In this document: positions 26,824 through 36,893 of the stretch, in pieces
Position numbering within the stretch: the stretch's first letter is position 1
How the letters are laid out: the number at the start of each line of letters is the position of its first letter
Source of the DNA: Candidatus Nomurabacteria bacterium
GTDB taxonomy: Bacteria > Patescibacteriota > Minisyncoccia > Phycocordibacterales > UBA9973
NCBI GenBank assembly: GCA_943348755.1
Contig: CALQYS010000002.1
Location: 18,227-82,226 of the forward strand
Direction of reading: 5' to 3'
Length of the DNA stretch: 64,000 bases
Notes under the pieces: model-generated
The model's database searches: none
What the model saw: the letters and a program-made list of their open reading frames with translations, nothing else
Told to the model about the DNA's origin: nothing
Translations under genes and position numbers: made by a program

Positions 26824-29800
26824 ATGAAAAACAAATTTAAAAAAATATTAGTCCTCGGTTCGGGTGCGCTGAAGATCGGCGAAGCGGGAGAGTTTGACTA
26901 TTCAGGCAGTCAGGCGATTAAAGCTCTTAAAGAAGAAAAAATAAAAGTAATTTTAGTCAACCCGAATATTGCCACCTATCAAACTTCTAAAAATTTGGCC
27001 GATGAGGTCTATTTCTTGCCGGTTAATGATTTTTTTGTAGAAAAAGTCATTGCGAAAGAACGTCCAGATGCGATCATGTTGTCCTTTGGGGGGCAGACTG
27101 CCCTTAACTGCGGACTTGATCTAGAAAAGAAGGGTGTTTTCAAAAAATACCAAGTAAAAGTCCTCGGCACATCTACTTCATCTATCGAACTCACAGAAGA
27201 TAGGGAAAAGTTCGCAGAGCATCTGCGTAGTATCGATATTCCGGTTCCCCCTTCTGGAAGTGCTACTTCTTTTAAAGAGGCAAAAGTAGTTGCGGAAAGG
27301 ATAGGTTTTCCACTAATGGTCCGTGCCGCTTTTGCCCTCGGCGGGCAGAAATCTGGAGTAGCCGCTAACATGTCTGAGTTAGAAGAAATCGTAAAAGGGG
27401 CTCTCAGTATCTCCCCCCAAGTTTTGATAGAAAAATACTTGCATCATTTCAAAGAAATTGAATACGAAGTTGTTCGTGATAGTTTCGGAAATACAATTAC
27501 TGTCTGCAATATGGAAAATTTTGATCCGCTGGGGATTCATACTGGAGATTCTATTGTCGTGGCTCCTAGCCAGACCCTAAACAACGAAGAGTATCATGGT
27601 CTCCGCGAAGCGAGTATAAAAATTGTTAAAAGTTTGGAAATAGTCGGAGAGTGTAATGTGCAGTATGCCTTAAGTCCGTCCCCTTCTCCCGATGGGAGAG
27701 GGGGAGGAGGGGGTAAGGGTTTGGAATATTTTGTTATTGAAGTTAACGCGCGTCTTTCACGCTCCAGCGCCCTTGCCAGCAAGGCGACAGGCTACCCACT
27801 CGCTTATGTCGCAGCCAAACTAGCCCTCGGTAAGAGTTTACTTGAGATAGAAAATAAAATCACGAAAGTCACCCAGAGCTTTTTCGAACCGGCACTAGAC
27901 TATGTGGTGGTCAAGATGCCACGATGGGATTTGCAAAAATTTGTCGGCGCAGTTGAAAAGATAGGCAGCGCGATGAAGTCAGTGGGAGAGGTGATGGCGA
28001 TTGGTCGTAGCTTTGAAGAAGCTCTACAAAAAGCTATACGTATGAACTCTGGGGCCGTAGAAAGTGTTACCGATAATGGTTTCAAGAATGCAAAAGAATT
28101 AGAAGAATTTTTAAATGTTTCGACTCCAAAGCGTATATTTGCGATAGCCGCAAGCATAAAAAAAGGTATTAGCTTAGAGGAAATTCATAAGATTACTGGG
28201 ATTGATTTGTGGTTCTTGCATCGAATACAAAATATAGTCAATATTGAAAAAGATTTTTCCAAAGACGCCACCCTTACTGGAAAGAAATTCTTGCTTTTAA
28301 AGCAAAACGGTTTTTCCGATAAAAAAATTGGTAGTTTGTGCGGGAGAAATGAACTTCAGATCAGAAATTTACGTAAAAATATGAAAGTTATTCCCTCGAT
28401 CTTTGCGATCGATACGCTAGCGGGCGAAGTGCCGGCCAAAACCAATTATTTATATCTTACATATCACGGAAATCACAATGACGTATCTCCGCTTGGCAAA
28501 AAAGCGGTGGTGGTACTTGGTAGTGGACCATATCATATCGGTTCCTCAGTTGAATTTGACTGGTCTTGTGTGAATGCTTCTCTCGCCCTTAAAAAATATA
28601 ATAAAAAGTCCATTATTATAAATTCCAATCCAGAAACTGTGTCAACAGATTATGATATGTCTGACCGGTTGTATTTTGAGGACCTCTCTTTTGAGACTGT
28701 TGCCGATATATTCGAATTTGAAAATCCTTCAGGGATTATTATTTCTGTCGGCGGACAAAGGCCAAATAATTTGGCGCAGAGTTTATCAAATGCCGGTTTT
28801 CATATTTTAGGCACCAAAGCGGAAAATATTGATCGGGCCGAAGATAGGAATAAATTCTCCAAATTACTTGATAATCTCAATATTTTACAGCCAAAATGGA
28901 CTAGTTTTACAAATATGAAAGAAGCAGAGCAGTTTATCGCTAGTGAAGGCTTCCCGGTGCTAGTGCGCCCCTCTTATGTGCTTTCCGGTGCAGCCATGCG
29001 AGTGTGTTACGACAAAAAACAATTATTTGATTTTGTCACTAAAGCCGCAGTGTTGTCACCAGAGTATCCAGTTACTATTTCTAAATATATTGAAAATGCT
29101 AAAGAGCTCGAATTTGACGGAGTGGCTCAAAATGGGGAATTGATGATCTATGGTATTTCTGAACACGTGGAAAATGCCGGTGTACACTCAGGAGATGCTA
29201 CCATCGTCTATCCGACTCAGCGAGTTTATGCTCTGACTGAATTTCAATTGCGCGAAATTTCTAAAAAGATCGCTCATGCGCTGTCAGTGACGGGGCCTTT
29301 TAATATTCAGTTTTTAGTGAAAGACAATAAACCCTTTGTGATTGAAGTTAATTTGCGCGCGAGTCGTACATTTCCGCTTTTATCTAAAGCGATGGATGCC
29401 AATTTCCCTGAAATGGCCGTCGATGCTTTCTTTGGCAAAGCGAAAAATCATAATTTCATTTATCCCAAGAGCGTGGTGGTAAAGTCTCCACAATTTTCTT
29501 TTGCTCGATTGCTCGGCGCAGACCCAATACTGCGAGTGGAGATGTCTTCGACCGGAGAAGCCGCTTGTTTTGGTAAAGACTACGATGAAGCGCTCCTGAA
29601 ATCGATCTTAACTACCAATAAATTAGATTTTAAAAATAAAAACGTACTCATTTCCCTAGGAGGGGAGATTAACAAAGCTAAATTTTTAGAAACAGCCAAA
29701 ATGTTAGTTTCTTCCGGCTATGAAATTTTTGCTACCGATACAACTGCGCAATTTCTAGAGAAGCAAAACGTGAAATGTACCATTGTGCGCAAGGCTTACC

Positions 29801-30066
29801 AGAAGTCACCCAACGTCATTGATCTAATTGAGAGTAAAAAAGTTTCTTTTGTGGTAAATTTAAGTAAGTCTGAAGAAGAGGAAATGGTAGATACAATTAA
29901 AATCAGACGTATGGTGGCTGATGGTTTTCGGGTGCGCCGAGCCGCAGTTGATTGTCAAATACCGCTATTTACTGATTTACATCTGGCGCGTGCTTTCATC
30001 AAAGCTCTTGTCAGGTATCCGATCGACAATTTGGAAATTAAATCTTATAAAGAATATTTACATTAA
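26824..30066 (+). CDS. carB: Carbamoyl-phosphate synthase large subunit
   Basis: Duplicated ATP-grasp domains; 1080 aa; VNARLSRSSALASKATGYPLA; C-terminal MGS-like domain. Confidence 0.9.
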   Translation: MKNKFKKILVLGSGALKIGEAGEFDYSGSQAIKALKEEKIKVILVNPNIATYQTSKNLADEVYFLPVNDFFVEKVIAKERPDAIMLSFGGQTALNCGLDLEKKGVFKKYQVKVLGTSTSSIELTEDREKFAEHLRSIDIPVPPSGSATSFKEAKVVAERIGFPLMVRAAFALGGQKSGVAANMSELEEIVKGALSISPQVLIEKYLHHFKEIEYEVVRDSFGNTITVCNMENFDPLGIHTGDSIVVAPSQTLNNEEYHGLREASIKIVKSLEIVGECNVQYALSPSPSPDGRGGGGGKGLEYFVIEVNARLSRSSALASKATGYPLAYVAAKLALGKSLLEIENKITKVTQSFFEPALDYVVVKMPRWDLQKFVGAVEKIGSAMKSVGEVMAIGRSFEEALQKAIRMNSGAVESVTDNGFKNAKELEEFLNVSTPKRIFAIAASIKKGISLEEIHKITGIDLWFLHRIQNIVNIEKDFSKDATLTGKKFLLLKQNGFSDKKIGSLCGRNELQIRNLRKNMKVIPSIFAIDTLAGEVPAKTNYLYLTYHGNHNDVSPLGKKAVVVLGSGPYHIGSSVEFDWSCVNASLALKKYNKKSIIINSNPETVSTDYDMSDRLYFEDLSFETVADIFEFENPSGIIISVGGQRPNNLAQSLSNAGFHILGTKAENIDRAEDRNKFSKLLDNLNILQPKWTSFTNMKEAEQFIASEGFPVLVRPSYVLSGAAMRVCYDKKQLFDFVTKAAVLSPEYPVTISKYIENAKELEFDGVAQNGELMIYGISEHVENAGVHSGDATIVYPTQRVYALTEFQLREISKKIAHALSVTGPFNIQFLVKDNKPFVIEVNLRASRTFPLLSKAMDANFPEMAVDAFFGKAKNHNFIYPKSVVVKSPQFSFARLLGADPILRVEMSSTGEAACFGKDYDEALLKSILTTNKLDFKNKNVLISLGGEINKAKFLETAKMLVSSGYEIFATDTTAQFLEKQNVKCTIVRKAYQKSPNVIDLIESKKVSFVVNLSKSEEEEMVDTIKIRRMVADGFRVRRAAVDCQIPLFTDLHLARAFIKALVRYPIDNLEIKSYKEYLH

Positions 30067-30070
30067 TATT

Positions 30071-30988
30071 ATGAAAAATATTATTTCGACAGAACAATTT
30101 AAAAAAGCTGAAGTTGAAAAGATATTAGCCCGAGCTTCTATAATGGAGGCTTCGTGTAAAAGTGATAAAATTGAACAAATTTTAAAAGATAAAATCGTGG
30201 CTTGTATTTTTTTTGAACCATCAACTCGAACTAGGTTGTCTTTTGAAACTGCGGCACTTAAATTAGGAGCCAAAGTTATTTCTGTAGAGAATGCCGAAAC
30301 TACTTCTTCTGCTTATAAGGGAGAAAGCATCGAAGATACTACTAGAATGCTGTGTTGTTACGCGGATATCATCGTAATGCGTCATCCGAAAGAGGGGACA
30401 TCAGATGCAGCTACCAGGGTCGCAAGCAAACCCGTTATCAATGCCGGCGATGGCGCCAATAAACATCCAACTCAAGCCTTTCTTGATTTATACACGATCC
30501 AAAAAGAGCATGGGCGCTTAGATAATCTCTCCATTGCTTTCGTGGGAGATATATTAAACAGCCGAACGCTTCGCTCTTTAGTACCTCTCTTGATGCTTTA
30601 TCCTAATAATAAATTTTATTTTATTTCTCCTAAAGAATTGGTTTTATCAGCTGACTATAGGAAATATTTGACCAAAAATAATGTAAATTTTGTAGAGACA
30701 ACTAATTTAGATGAAGTGTTATCTAAAGTTGATGTGCTTTACATGACGCGTGTGCAAAAAGAACGCTTTTCCAATGTTGCAGATTATGACAGAGTCAAAG
30801 ATTCTTTCCTGTTAAAGATGGAAGATGTAAGAAAATTAAAAAAAGACGCTATAATAATGCATCCTCTTCCTAGAGTTAATGAAATTGAGGTTGAAATAGA
30901 TAAAGACCCGCGTGCTGCCTATTTCCGTCAGGCCCAAAACGGTCTATACATGCGCATGGCGCTACTGCTATTCGTATTGGACCTTTAA
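30071..30988 (+). CDS. pyrB: Aspartate carbamoyltransferase catalytic subunit
   Basis: STRTRLSFE carbamoyl-phosphate binding motif; HPTQAFLDLYTI; HPLPR. Start set at MKNIISTEQF; the upstream extension in the ORF track overlaps carB. Confidence 0.85.
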   Translation: MKNIISTEQFKKAEVEKILARASIMEASCKSDKIEQILKDKIVACIFFEPSTRTRLSFETAALKLGAKVISVENAETTSSAYKGESIEDTTRMLCCYADIIVMRHPKEGTSDAATRVASKPVINAGDGANKHPTQAFLDLYTIQKEHGRLDNLSIAFVGDILNSRTLRSLVPLLMLYPNNKFYFISPKELVLSADYRKYLTKNNVNFVETTNLDEVLSKVDVLYMTRVQKERFSNVADYDRVKDSFLLKMEDVRKLKKDAIIMHPLPRVNEIEVEIDKDPRAAYFRQAQNGLYMRMALLLFVLDL

Positions 30989-30989
30989 T

Positions 30990-32054
30990 TTATTGACTCT
31001 CTAAAAATCTAAAGATTTGTTCATTTACCAGCACATTTTCGGCATGCATTCGAGCTCTCTCAGGGTCAGCATCTTTATAGTGTTCCATTATAGCTGCCAC
31101 TTCTTTTACTATTTGCTCTTCGTCAGCAACTATTTTTTCCACTTTCGCTATTTCGTTCAAGATGAGGGCTAGTTTCGCTTTCTTTTCAGCGTCATTTCTG
31201 AATTCCGTGCGTAAAACTTCCTTTGTTTTATTTAGATGCTTCAGATAGTCCTCAAACTTTAGCCCCATTTGAGTAATATCAGACTCCATGCGGTATAGGA
31301 TTTTATCAAGTTCTACTTGCACAAGTATTTCAGGCAGATCCATCTCAGACTCCTCGATGATTTTCTCAATAATCTTTAATCTAGTCTTTTCTTTCTGTAG
31401 ATTTTGTTTTTCGAGCTTAATGTTTTCTTTAAGTTTAGTTTTAAAATCTTCTATTCCGGAGAAGGGCCCGAGACCTTTCACAAATTCATCGTTCCACTCT
31501 GGTAATTCCTCAATAACTTCCTCATGTTTGTGTTCCTCACCTTCTTTATGTACATGCTCGGCCACATGTTTTTTAGGTGCACGAGATTTCCTAATATCCA
31601 TGATGGTGTCTTCCATCTCTTTTTCAGTTACCATTATATTCTTTTCAGCTTCAGTGATACTGGAGATTATTTTTTTTGCAGCTTTTTTATAGTCAGCGAG
31701 CTTTATACTTGGTAATATTGCAGTTTTTATTTTGAATCCCAGAGGATTTTTGCGAGCCAATTTAGTAATCGAAATTTCCGGACGGCTGATCGCATCAATT
31801 TTCTCAGCTTCGAGAATTTTAGGGTAGTGTTCCGCAAGTGCGAGCTCTGCCATTTCTTCTAGAATACTAATTTCTGGGACGTTTGAGGTCAAAACATTTT
31901 CTGGTATCTTTCCTTTCCTAAATCCATCTAATTTTAAGTTTTCACCCAGATTTTTTAACGCAGTCTTGAAGTAATTTTCAAAGACACCTGCTTCTAATTC
32001 TCCCTCTATCTCTACCATGCTATTTGGTAATTTTGTAACTTTTGTTTTTAACAT
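30990..32054 (-). CDS. tig: Trigger factor lacking the central PPIase (FKBP) domain
   Basis: N-terminal ribosome-binding domain with GFRKGKIP motif and the TF C-terminal domain. The middle is a short His/Glu-rich linker instead of an FKBP domain. Start at MLKTKVTKL. Confidence 0.75.
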   Translation of the reverse strand: MLKTKVTKLPNSMVEIEGELEAGVFENYFKTALKNLGENLKLDGFRKGKIPENVLTSNVPEISILEEMAELALAEHYPKILEAEKIDAISRPEISITKLARKNPLGFKIKTAILPSIKLADYKKAAKKIISSITEAEKNIMVTEKEMEDTIMDIRKSRAPKKHVAEHVHKEGEEHKHEEVIEELPEWNDEFVKGLGPFSGIEDFKTKLKENIKLEKQNLQKEKTRLKIIEKIIEESEMDLPEILVQVELDKILYRMESDITQMGLKFEDYLKHLNKTKEVLRTEFRNDAEKKAKLALILNEIAKVEKIVADEEQIVKEVAAIMEHYKDADPERARMHAENVLVNEQIFRFLESQ

Positions 32055-32162
32055 TCTAATGCCATATTTATTTATAATCAACAACAATAAATCTATACTA
32101 TTTAGTATAATTTGTCTATTTTTTAACAAAATTTAAAAGACTATATGTAAAGTTGGTCGATC

Positions 32163-32393
32163 TTATTGAATAGAATTTGGGTCAACACCAGTACTAGTAT
32201 CCGTAGCTTTAGCATCCATTTCGAGCGTACTTAAATCCGCAGAATCCTTTTCTGTTATATTTCCAGATTCATTTTGAATCTTTTTTAAGGCGTCTTTGTT
32301 GGATAACCAGATATATATTCCACCAACAATAAGAATAATTATAATTATTGTTATCCCAATAAACGCTCCGTCTGATTTTTTTTCTGGTTCCAT
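32163..32393 (-). CDS. Small hypothetical membrane protein
   Basis: 76-aa ORF with a single TM helix (AFIGITIIIIILIVGGIYIWL). Confidence 0.35.
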   Translation of the reverse strand: MEPEKKSDGAFIGITIIIIILIVGGIYIWLSNKDALKKIQNESGNITEKDSADLSTLEMDAKATDTSTGVDPNSIQ

Positions 32394-32418
32394 ACTTTTC
32401 TATATTATAGCTAATAAT

Positions 32419-33171
32419 TTATTGTTTGTTTTCTGTTGTAGTTGAACTTTTGTCTGCTTCCGTTTTATTTTCAGCATTTAGTTTGGCATTTCTTTCAGTC
32501 TCCATCTTGGCCTTCATCGCATCTCTCAGTGATTTTACTGCATCATTAAGCGCTGTGTGGGCGTCTTTAAGCGAAGTTTCTATATCTTTTGCTAATGCTT
32601 TCAAAGTTGCTTTACTGTCTGTCGTGAGTGTGTCAATTGAAACTGACAGCAGAGCGTTAGCCTCAGTGATTTTTTTTCCAACAGTTGTTAATTTTTCTTC
32701 CACTGTTGTCACATAATTTTTTGCGTCTGTTGTAGCCACCCCCTTTACTTCTAGCTTTGCTATTTGAGAATTAATTTTATCTTTCAACATATTTACTCGA
32801 GTAACTGCTGCATCAAATTTTTTCAGTACGTTTTCTCGTTCAGTGATTCTCATCTCTTTTATCTTTGCTTTCACCGTGTCCTTCTCAAGCTTTAGGCTGT
32901 CTCTCATGGCGTCCATCTTTGTTTTTGCCTCTGCGCGCATTGTCTCATTTTCTTTTTGTATTTCTTCTCTTCTTTCACGCATCTGCGCCTCCATTTTTGG
33001 ACGTTTTTGTTCTGGAGCAAGAAGACCATCTGATTGCATCATCCTACCTTCTTCCATTTGCTCTGAAGCGTCATGATACATTCTGTCCCTACCATCTTCG
33101 GCATTTATTACTCGATTGCCGATAAAAAATGTCATCGCAAAAATAAAGAGGAAAATCAATTGTTTTTTCAT
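32419..33171 (-). CDS. Secreted coiled-coil hypothetical protein
   Basis: Signal peptide MKKQLIFLFIFAMTFFIGNRVINA. Lys/Glu/Ala-rich alpha-helical repeats. Confidence 0.5.
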   Translation of the reverse strand: MKKQLIFLFIFAMTFFIGNRVINAEDGRDRMYHDASEQMEEGRMMQSDGLLAPEQKRPKMEAQMRERREEIQKENETMRAEAKTKMDAMRDSLKLEKDTVKAKIKEMRITERENVLKKFDAAVTRVNMLKDKINSQIAKLEVKGVATTDAKNYVTTVEEKLTTVGKKITEANALLSVSIDTLTTDSKATLKALAKDIETSLKDAHTALNDAVKSLRDAMKAKMETERNAKLNAENKTEADKSSTTTENKQ

Positions 33172-33214
33172 ATGTATTTTTTTAAATTAGATTAATAACA
33201 GCCCTACACTACCA

Positions 33215-35236
33215 TTATACCAAAAAAACAACTAAAAGTAACGCAACAATGTTTAGTATTTTTATCATTGGATTGATAGCCGGGCCCGCTGTGTCTTTAT
33301 ATGGATCACCAACAGTGTCCCCAGTAACTGCCGCTTTATGAGCATCACTTCCTTTACCGCCGTGGTTTCCTTGTTCAATATGCTTTTTAGCATTGTCCCA
33401 AGCTCCTCCTCCAGAGGTCATGGAAATAGCCACGAAAAGACCAGTAATAATAGAACCCACGAGAAGTCCTCCGAGCACCACTAAACCTCTATCTTTCCCG
33501 AATAACAAAATTACCAAAATAGGTGCAAGTACTGGTATCAAAGCTGGCGCTACCATCTGTTTTATAGCCGCTCCAGTTATGATTGATACAGCTCTGGCAT
33601 AATCAGGTCTTGCTTTTCCTTCCATTATTCCTTTTATTTCTCTAAATTGTCTTCTAATTTCTTCGACTACCTTACCTGCAGTTTTTCCTACCGCTTCCAT
33701 GCAAAGTGCACCAAAATAATATGGCAAAAGCCCTCCAATAAAAAGTCCGACGATAACGTACGGATTGCTCAAGTCAAAAGAAATATGTTTTCCAGCCTTC
33801 ACGATCTCTTCTGTATATGATGCGAACAACACAAGAGATGCTAAACCTGCCGAGCCAATAGCATAACCTTTTGTAACAGCTTTCGTAGTGTTTCCCACAG
33901 CATCTAGTGGGTCAGTAACATCTCGAACTTCTTTTGGAAGCTCTGCCATTTCGGCGATGCCACCAGCATTGTCTGTAATAGGTCCATATGCATCTATCGC
34001 CACAATTATTCCTGTCATCGAGAGCATAGACATCGCGGCAATGGCAATCCCATAAAGTCCACCATAGTGATAACTAACTAAAATCCCAACAACAATCGTG
34101 ATCAAAGGCCAGGCGGTAGATTTCATCGATATGGCTAAGCCCTGAATGACATTTGTCCCGTGACCAGAGACAGATGCTTGCGCGATTGATTTTACTGGAG
34201 AATATTTTGTAGAAGTAAAATATTCTGTAATAACGACAAGAGCTCCAGTAACGAAAAGTCCCACCAAAGAACAGATAAATAAAGCCATTACAGTATATTT
34301 ACCATTGCCTTGCATGAGTAATTTAGTTACAGGATAAAAAGTGACAGCTGCAATGACACCGGAAGCAATTAATCCTTTATACAAAGCACCCATTATGTTT
34401 TGTGACTGATTTTCTTTACTGAGTTTCACAAACCAAGTACCAATGATCGATGCGAATATGGCTATACCACCCAAGACAAGGGGATAGATAACTGCATTCT
34501 TAAATCCCAAGAAAAGAAGTGAACCGAGTAGCATCGTAGCGACAGAAGTGACGGCGTAAGTTTCAAAAAGATCGGCCGCCATACCAGCGCAGTCTCCGAC
34601 GTTATCGCCCACGTTGTCCGCAATGACTCCAGGATTCCTAGGATCATCTTCTGGAATACCTGCTTCAAGTTTGCCGACTAAGTCTGCGCCGACGTCAGCT
34701 GCTTTAGTAAATATCCCTCCACCCAATCTTGCGAATACTGAAATGAGGGAAGCACCAAAGCCCAGTCCAACTAGGGCTGTTACGTCTTGTGTAATTGCAT
34801 AAAAACCAGTAACGCCAAGTAACGCAAGTCCAACTACGAGTAGTCCAGTAACTGCTCCACCGTTAAATGCTAGTGAAAGGGCTTTTTCGATTCCGCTTCT
34901 GGCTGCCTCTGTCGTCCTGACATTTGCCCTGATGGATACGTTCATGCCTATGTATCCTGCTAGGGCTGAAAAAATAGCTCCAACTAAAAAGCCCAAAGCC
35001 ATGACCCATCCTAGTTTTGGTACAAAACCAATAATCAAGAATAATATCAGAGCGATGATACCAATTGTTTTGTATTGTTTATTTAAATAAGCTTGGGCGC
35101 CTTCTTGGATCGCTTTTGCAATTTCTTGCATGCGACTATTTCCAGGACTCTTTTTTAGTATTGATTTAGCTAAAAGCAAACCATAAACAATGGCTATCAC
35201 TGAACTGACAATGGCAAACAGTAAATATTGATTCAT
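33215..35236 (-). CDS. hppA: Membrane-bound H+/Na+-translocating pyrophosphatase
   Basis: 673-aa polytopic protein with [25 protein letters not shown] and [16 protein letters not shown] motifs. Confidence 0.85.
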   Translation of the reverse strand: MNQYLLFAIVSSVIAIVYGLLLAKSILKKSPGNSRMQEIAKAIQEGAQAYLNKQYKTIGIIALILFLIIGFVPKLGWVMALGFLVGAIFSALAGYIGMNVSIRANVRTTEAARSGIEKALSLAFNGGAVTGLLVVGLALLGVTGFYAITQDVTALVGLGFGASLISVFARLGGGIFTKAADVGADLVGKLEAGIPEDDPRNPGVIADNVGDNVGDCAGMAADLFETYAVTSVATMLLGSLLFLGFKNAVIYPLVLGGIAIFASIIGTWFVKLSKENQSQNIMGALYKGLIASGVIAAVTFYPVTKLLMQGNGKYTVMALFICSLVGLFVTGALVVITEYFTSTKYSPVKSIAQASVSGHGTNVIQGLAISMKSTAWPLITIVVGILVSYHYGGLYGIAIAAMSMLSMTGIIVAIDAYGPITDNAGGIAEMAELPKEVRDVTDPLDAVGNTTKAVTKGYAIGSAGLASLVLFASYTEEIVKAGKHISFDLSNPYVIVGLFIGGLLPYYFGALCMEAVGKTAGKVVEEIRRQFREIKGIMEGKARPDYARAVSIITGAAIKQMVAPALIPVLAPILVILLFGKDRGLVVLGGLLVGSIITGLFVAISMTSGGGAWDNAKKHIEQGNHGGKGSDAHKAAVTGDTVGDPYKDTAGPAINPMIKILNIVALLLVVFLV

Positions 35237-35259
35237 ATTTTTCTTTTATTATTAATAAT

Positions 35260-36414
35260 CTACTTTTTTTCCTCAACTTCAATTTTATCATTTTCAACTA
35301 TTTTTCCATCACCCTTGATATCTATCCTCCAGCCAGTAAGTTTAGCGGCGAGACGTACATTTTGTCCACCTTTACCAATAGCGAGTGACAACTGATCATC
35401 AGCTACTTCCAGTGTTGCCTTGTGTTCTTTTTCGTCGATTTCGATAGAGATCACTTTGGCAGGAGATATAGAGTTAGAAACAAAAACTTTGGCATCGCTA
35501 GACCAGGGTATAATATCAATCTTTTCGCCGCCCAATTCTTGGGTTATGGTGTTCACCCTGGTGCCTTTTTGTCCGACACATGAGCCGACAGCGTCGATAT
35601 GCTCGTCATTTGAGTGCACAGCTATTTTAGAACGAGCGCCTGCTTCTCGCGCGATAGATTTTATTTCCACAATTCCATTTTGTATCTCCGGTGCTTCGAT
35701 AGAAAAAAGTTTCTCAATAAATTTAGGATGTGTACGAGAAAGGCGTAGGTTGATACCTCGTGGAGTGTCTTCCACAGAATATAAATAAGCTCGCACGCGT
35801 TGCCCTCTCTGGAAAAATTCTCCAGGAATTTGCTCTTCTGCCGGCAATATGCCCGTCGCTCGATTAAAGTCAACGTAGATATTGCCTCTTTCTACTTTTT
35901 GTACTATGCCCCCGATTATTTCTCCTTCTTTGGTGCCATATTCATCTACAATAGATGTGCGTTCAGCCTCACGGATCTTTTGAATTATAACTTGCTTAGC
36001 AGTTTGAGCGGCGATACGTCCATAATCATCTTTCATTTCGAGTGGGAAGACAACCTCATCATTTAATTCCACCCCCTTTTTTATTTTTTTTGCATCTTCT
36101 AAAAGTATGTGATGTTCGGCATTAAAATGCACTCTTTCATCAGTTTCATCTTTAATCGAATATTCTCCATCGTTCTTTTTCTCACTATCCATTATGGCGA
36201 TGGTCTCATCTACCACGATTTTTATTTGGAAAAATTCTGTTTTTCCGGTTTCTAGATCAAACTTAGCTCTTATGATCTGACCCTTTTTGCCGTAATCCTT
36301 TTTGTAAGCAGCAGCCATGGCCTGCTCGATTGCGTCCAGTATTTTTTCTTTTGGAATCTTTCTTTCTTCTTCTAGTTGCTCTAGGGCTGATTTAAATGTT
36401 TTCAAGTCTAACAT
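35260..36414 (-). CDS. nusA: Transcription termination/antitermination factor NusA
   Basis: N-terminal domain, S1 domain, two KH domains (GSCVGQKGTRVNTITQELGGEKIDII; IGKGGQNVRLAAKLTGWRIDI). Confidence 0.85.
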   Translation of the reverse strand: MLDLKTFKSALEQLEEERKIPKEKILDAIEQAMAAAYKKDYGKKGQIIRAKFDLETGKTEFFQIKIVVDETIAIMDSEKKNDGEYSIKDETDERVHFNAEHHILLEDAKKIKKGVELNDEVVFPLEMKDDYGRIAAQTAKQVIIQKIREAERTSIVDEYGTKEGEIIGGIVQKVERGNIYVDFNRATGILPAEEQIPGEFFQRGQRVRAYLYSVEDTPRGINLRLSRTHPKFIEKLFSIEAPEIQNGIVEIKSIAREAGARSKIAVHSNDEHIDAVGSCVGQKGTRVNTITQELGGEKIDIIPWSSDAKVFVSNSISPAKVISIEIDEKEHKATLEVADDQLSLAIGKGGQNVRLAAKLTGWRIDIKGDGKIVENDKIEVEEKK

Positions 36415-36587
36415 AAATTTTTTTATTAAATTTTATTAAAAAAAGCCCTGTTTCGACAGGACTTACACCCCCTTAGAGTATCATAAATACTATTTTAATG
36501 CAAATGAAATTAAGCAGTCTCTAATGTGCAGCGGTTATCCACAGTTAAATCAACCTTGCTTACTATAATAGTGTTATTATTAGACTA

Positions 36588-36893
36588 ATGTCGACTCAAA
36601 TCCCCGGCGCTTTTGAAAGAACATTCTCGGTTCATCCGCGTAGAAAACTGCGCGTCTTTTTTCTTATTGTTTTCGTCTTCTTTCTACTTCTTTTATTACT
36701 TTTTTTCTTCCAGACTACTTCCAATTTATCTAAACAAGCAGCAGGGCCTCTACAAGAGCAAAAAGTTAAGGCACTCTCGGATTTGAAGGAGAGATTATCT
36801 ACATCACCTCCGATCTCGCAGGTGGAACGAAATAAAGCATTAGCAGAGTTACAAACAAGATTAAAAACACAACGTAAGAAACAAAAAATATGA
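36588..36893 (+). CDS. Small hypothetical membrane protein
   Basis: Phe/Leu-rich TM helix and basic C-terminus. Stop overlaps the start of the next gene (ATGA), consistent with this strand being the coding one. Confidence 0.35.
   Translation: MSTQIPGAFERTFSVHPRRKLRVFFLIVFVFFLLLLLLFFFQTTSNLSKQAAGPLQEQKVKALSDLKERLSTSPPISQVERNKALAELQTRLKTQRKKQKI

Noticed and set aside
27594-27782. Minus-strand ORF encoding PPPPPLPSGEGDG
   Set aside because: It is the reverse complement of the G-rich carB insertion, an artefact of low-complexity sequence.
29921-30070. N-terminal extensions of ORF-track calls (pyrB 29921; also pilC 44497, tpiA 49662, rnhA 53611, argS 61533, HIT 51962, DksA-like 15329)
   Set aside because: The extensions overlap upstream genes or structured elements and lack homology. 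Internal ATGs that match conserved N-termini were used instead.
31288-31715. Plus-strand ORFs inside tig
   Set aside because: Antisense to a conserved gene, low complexity, no independent signals.
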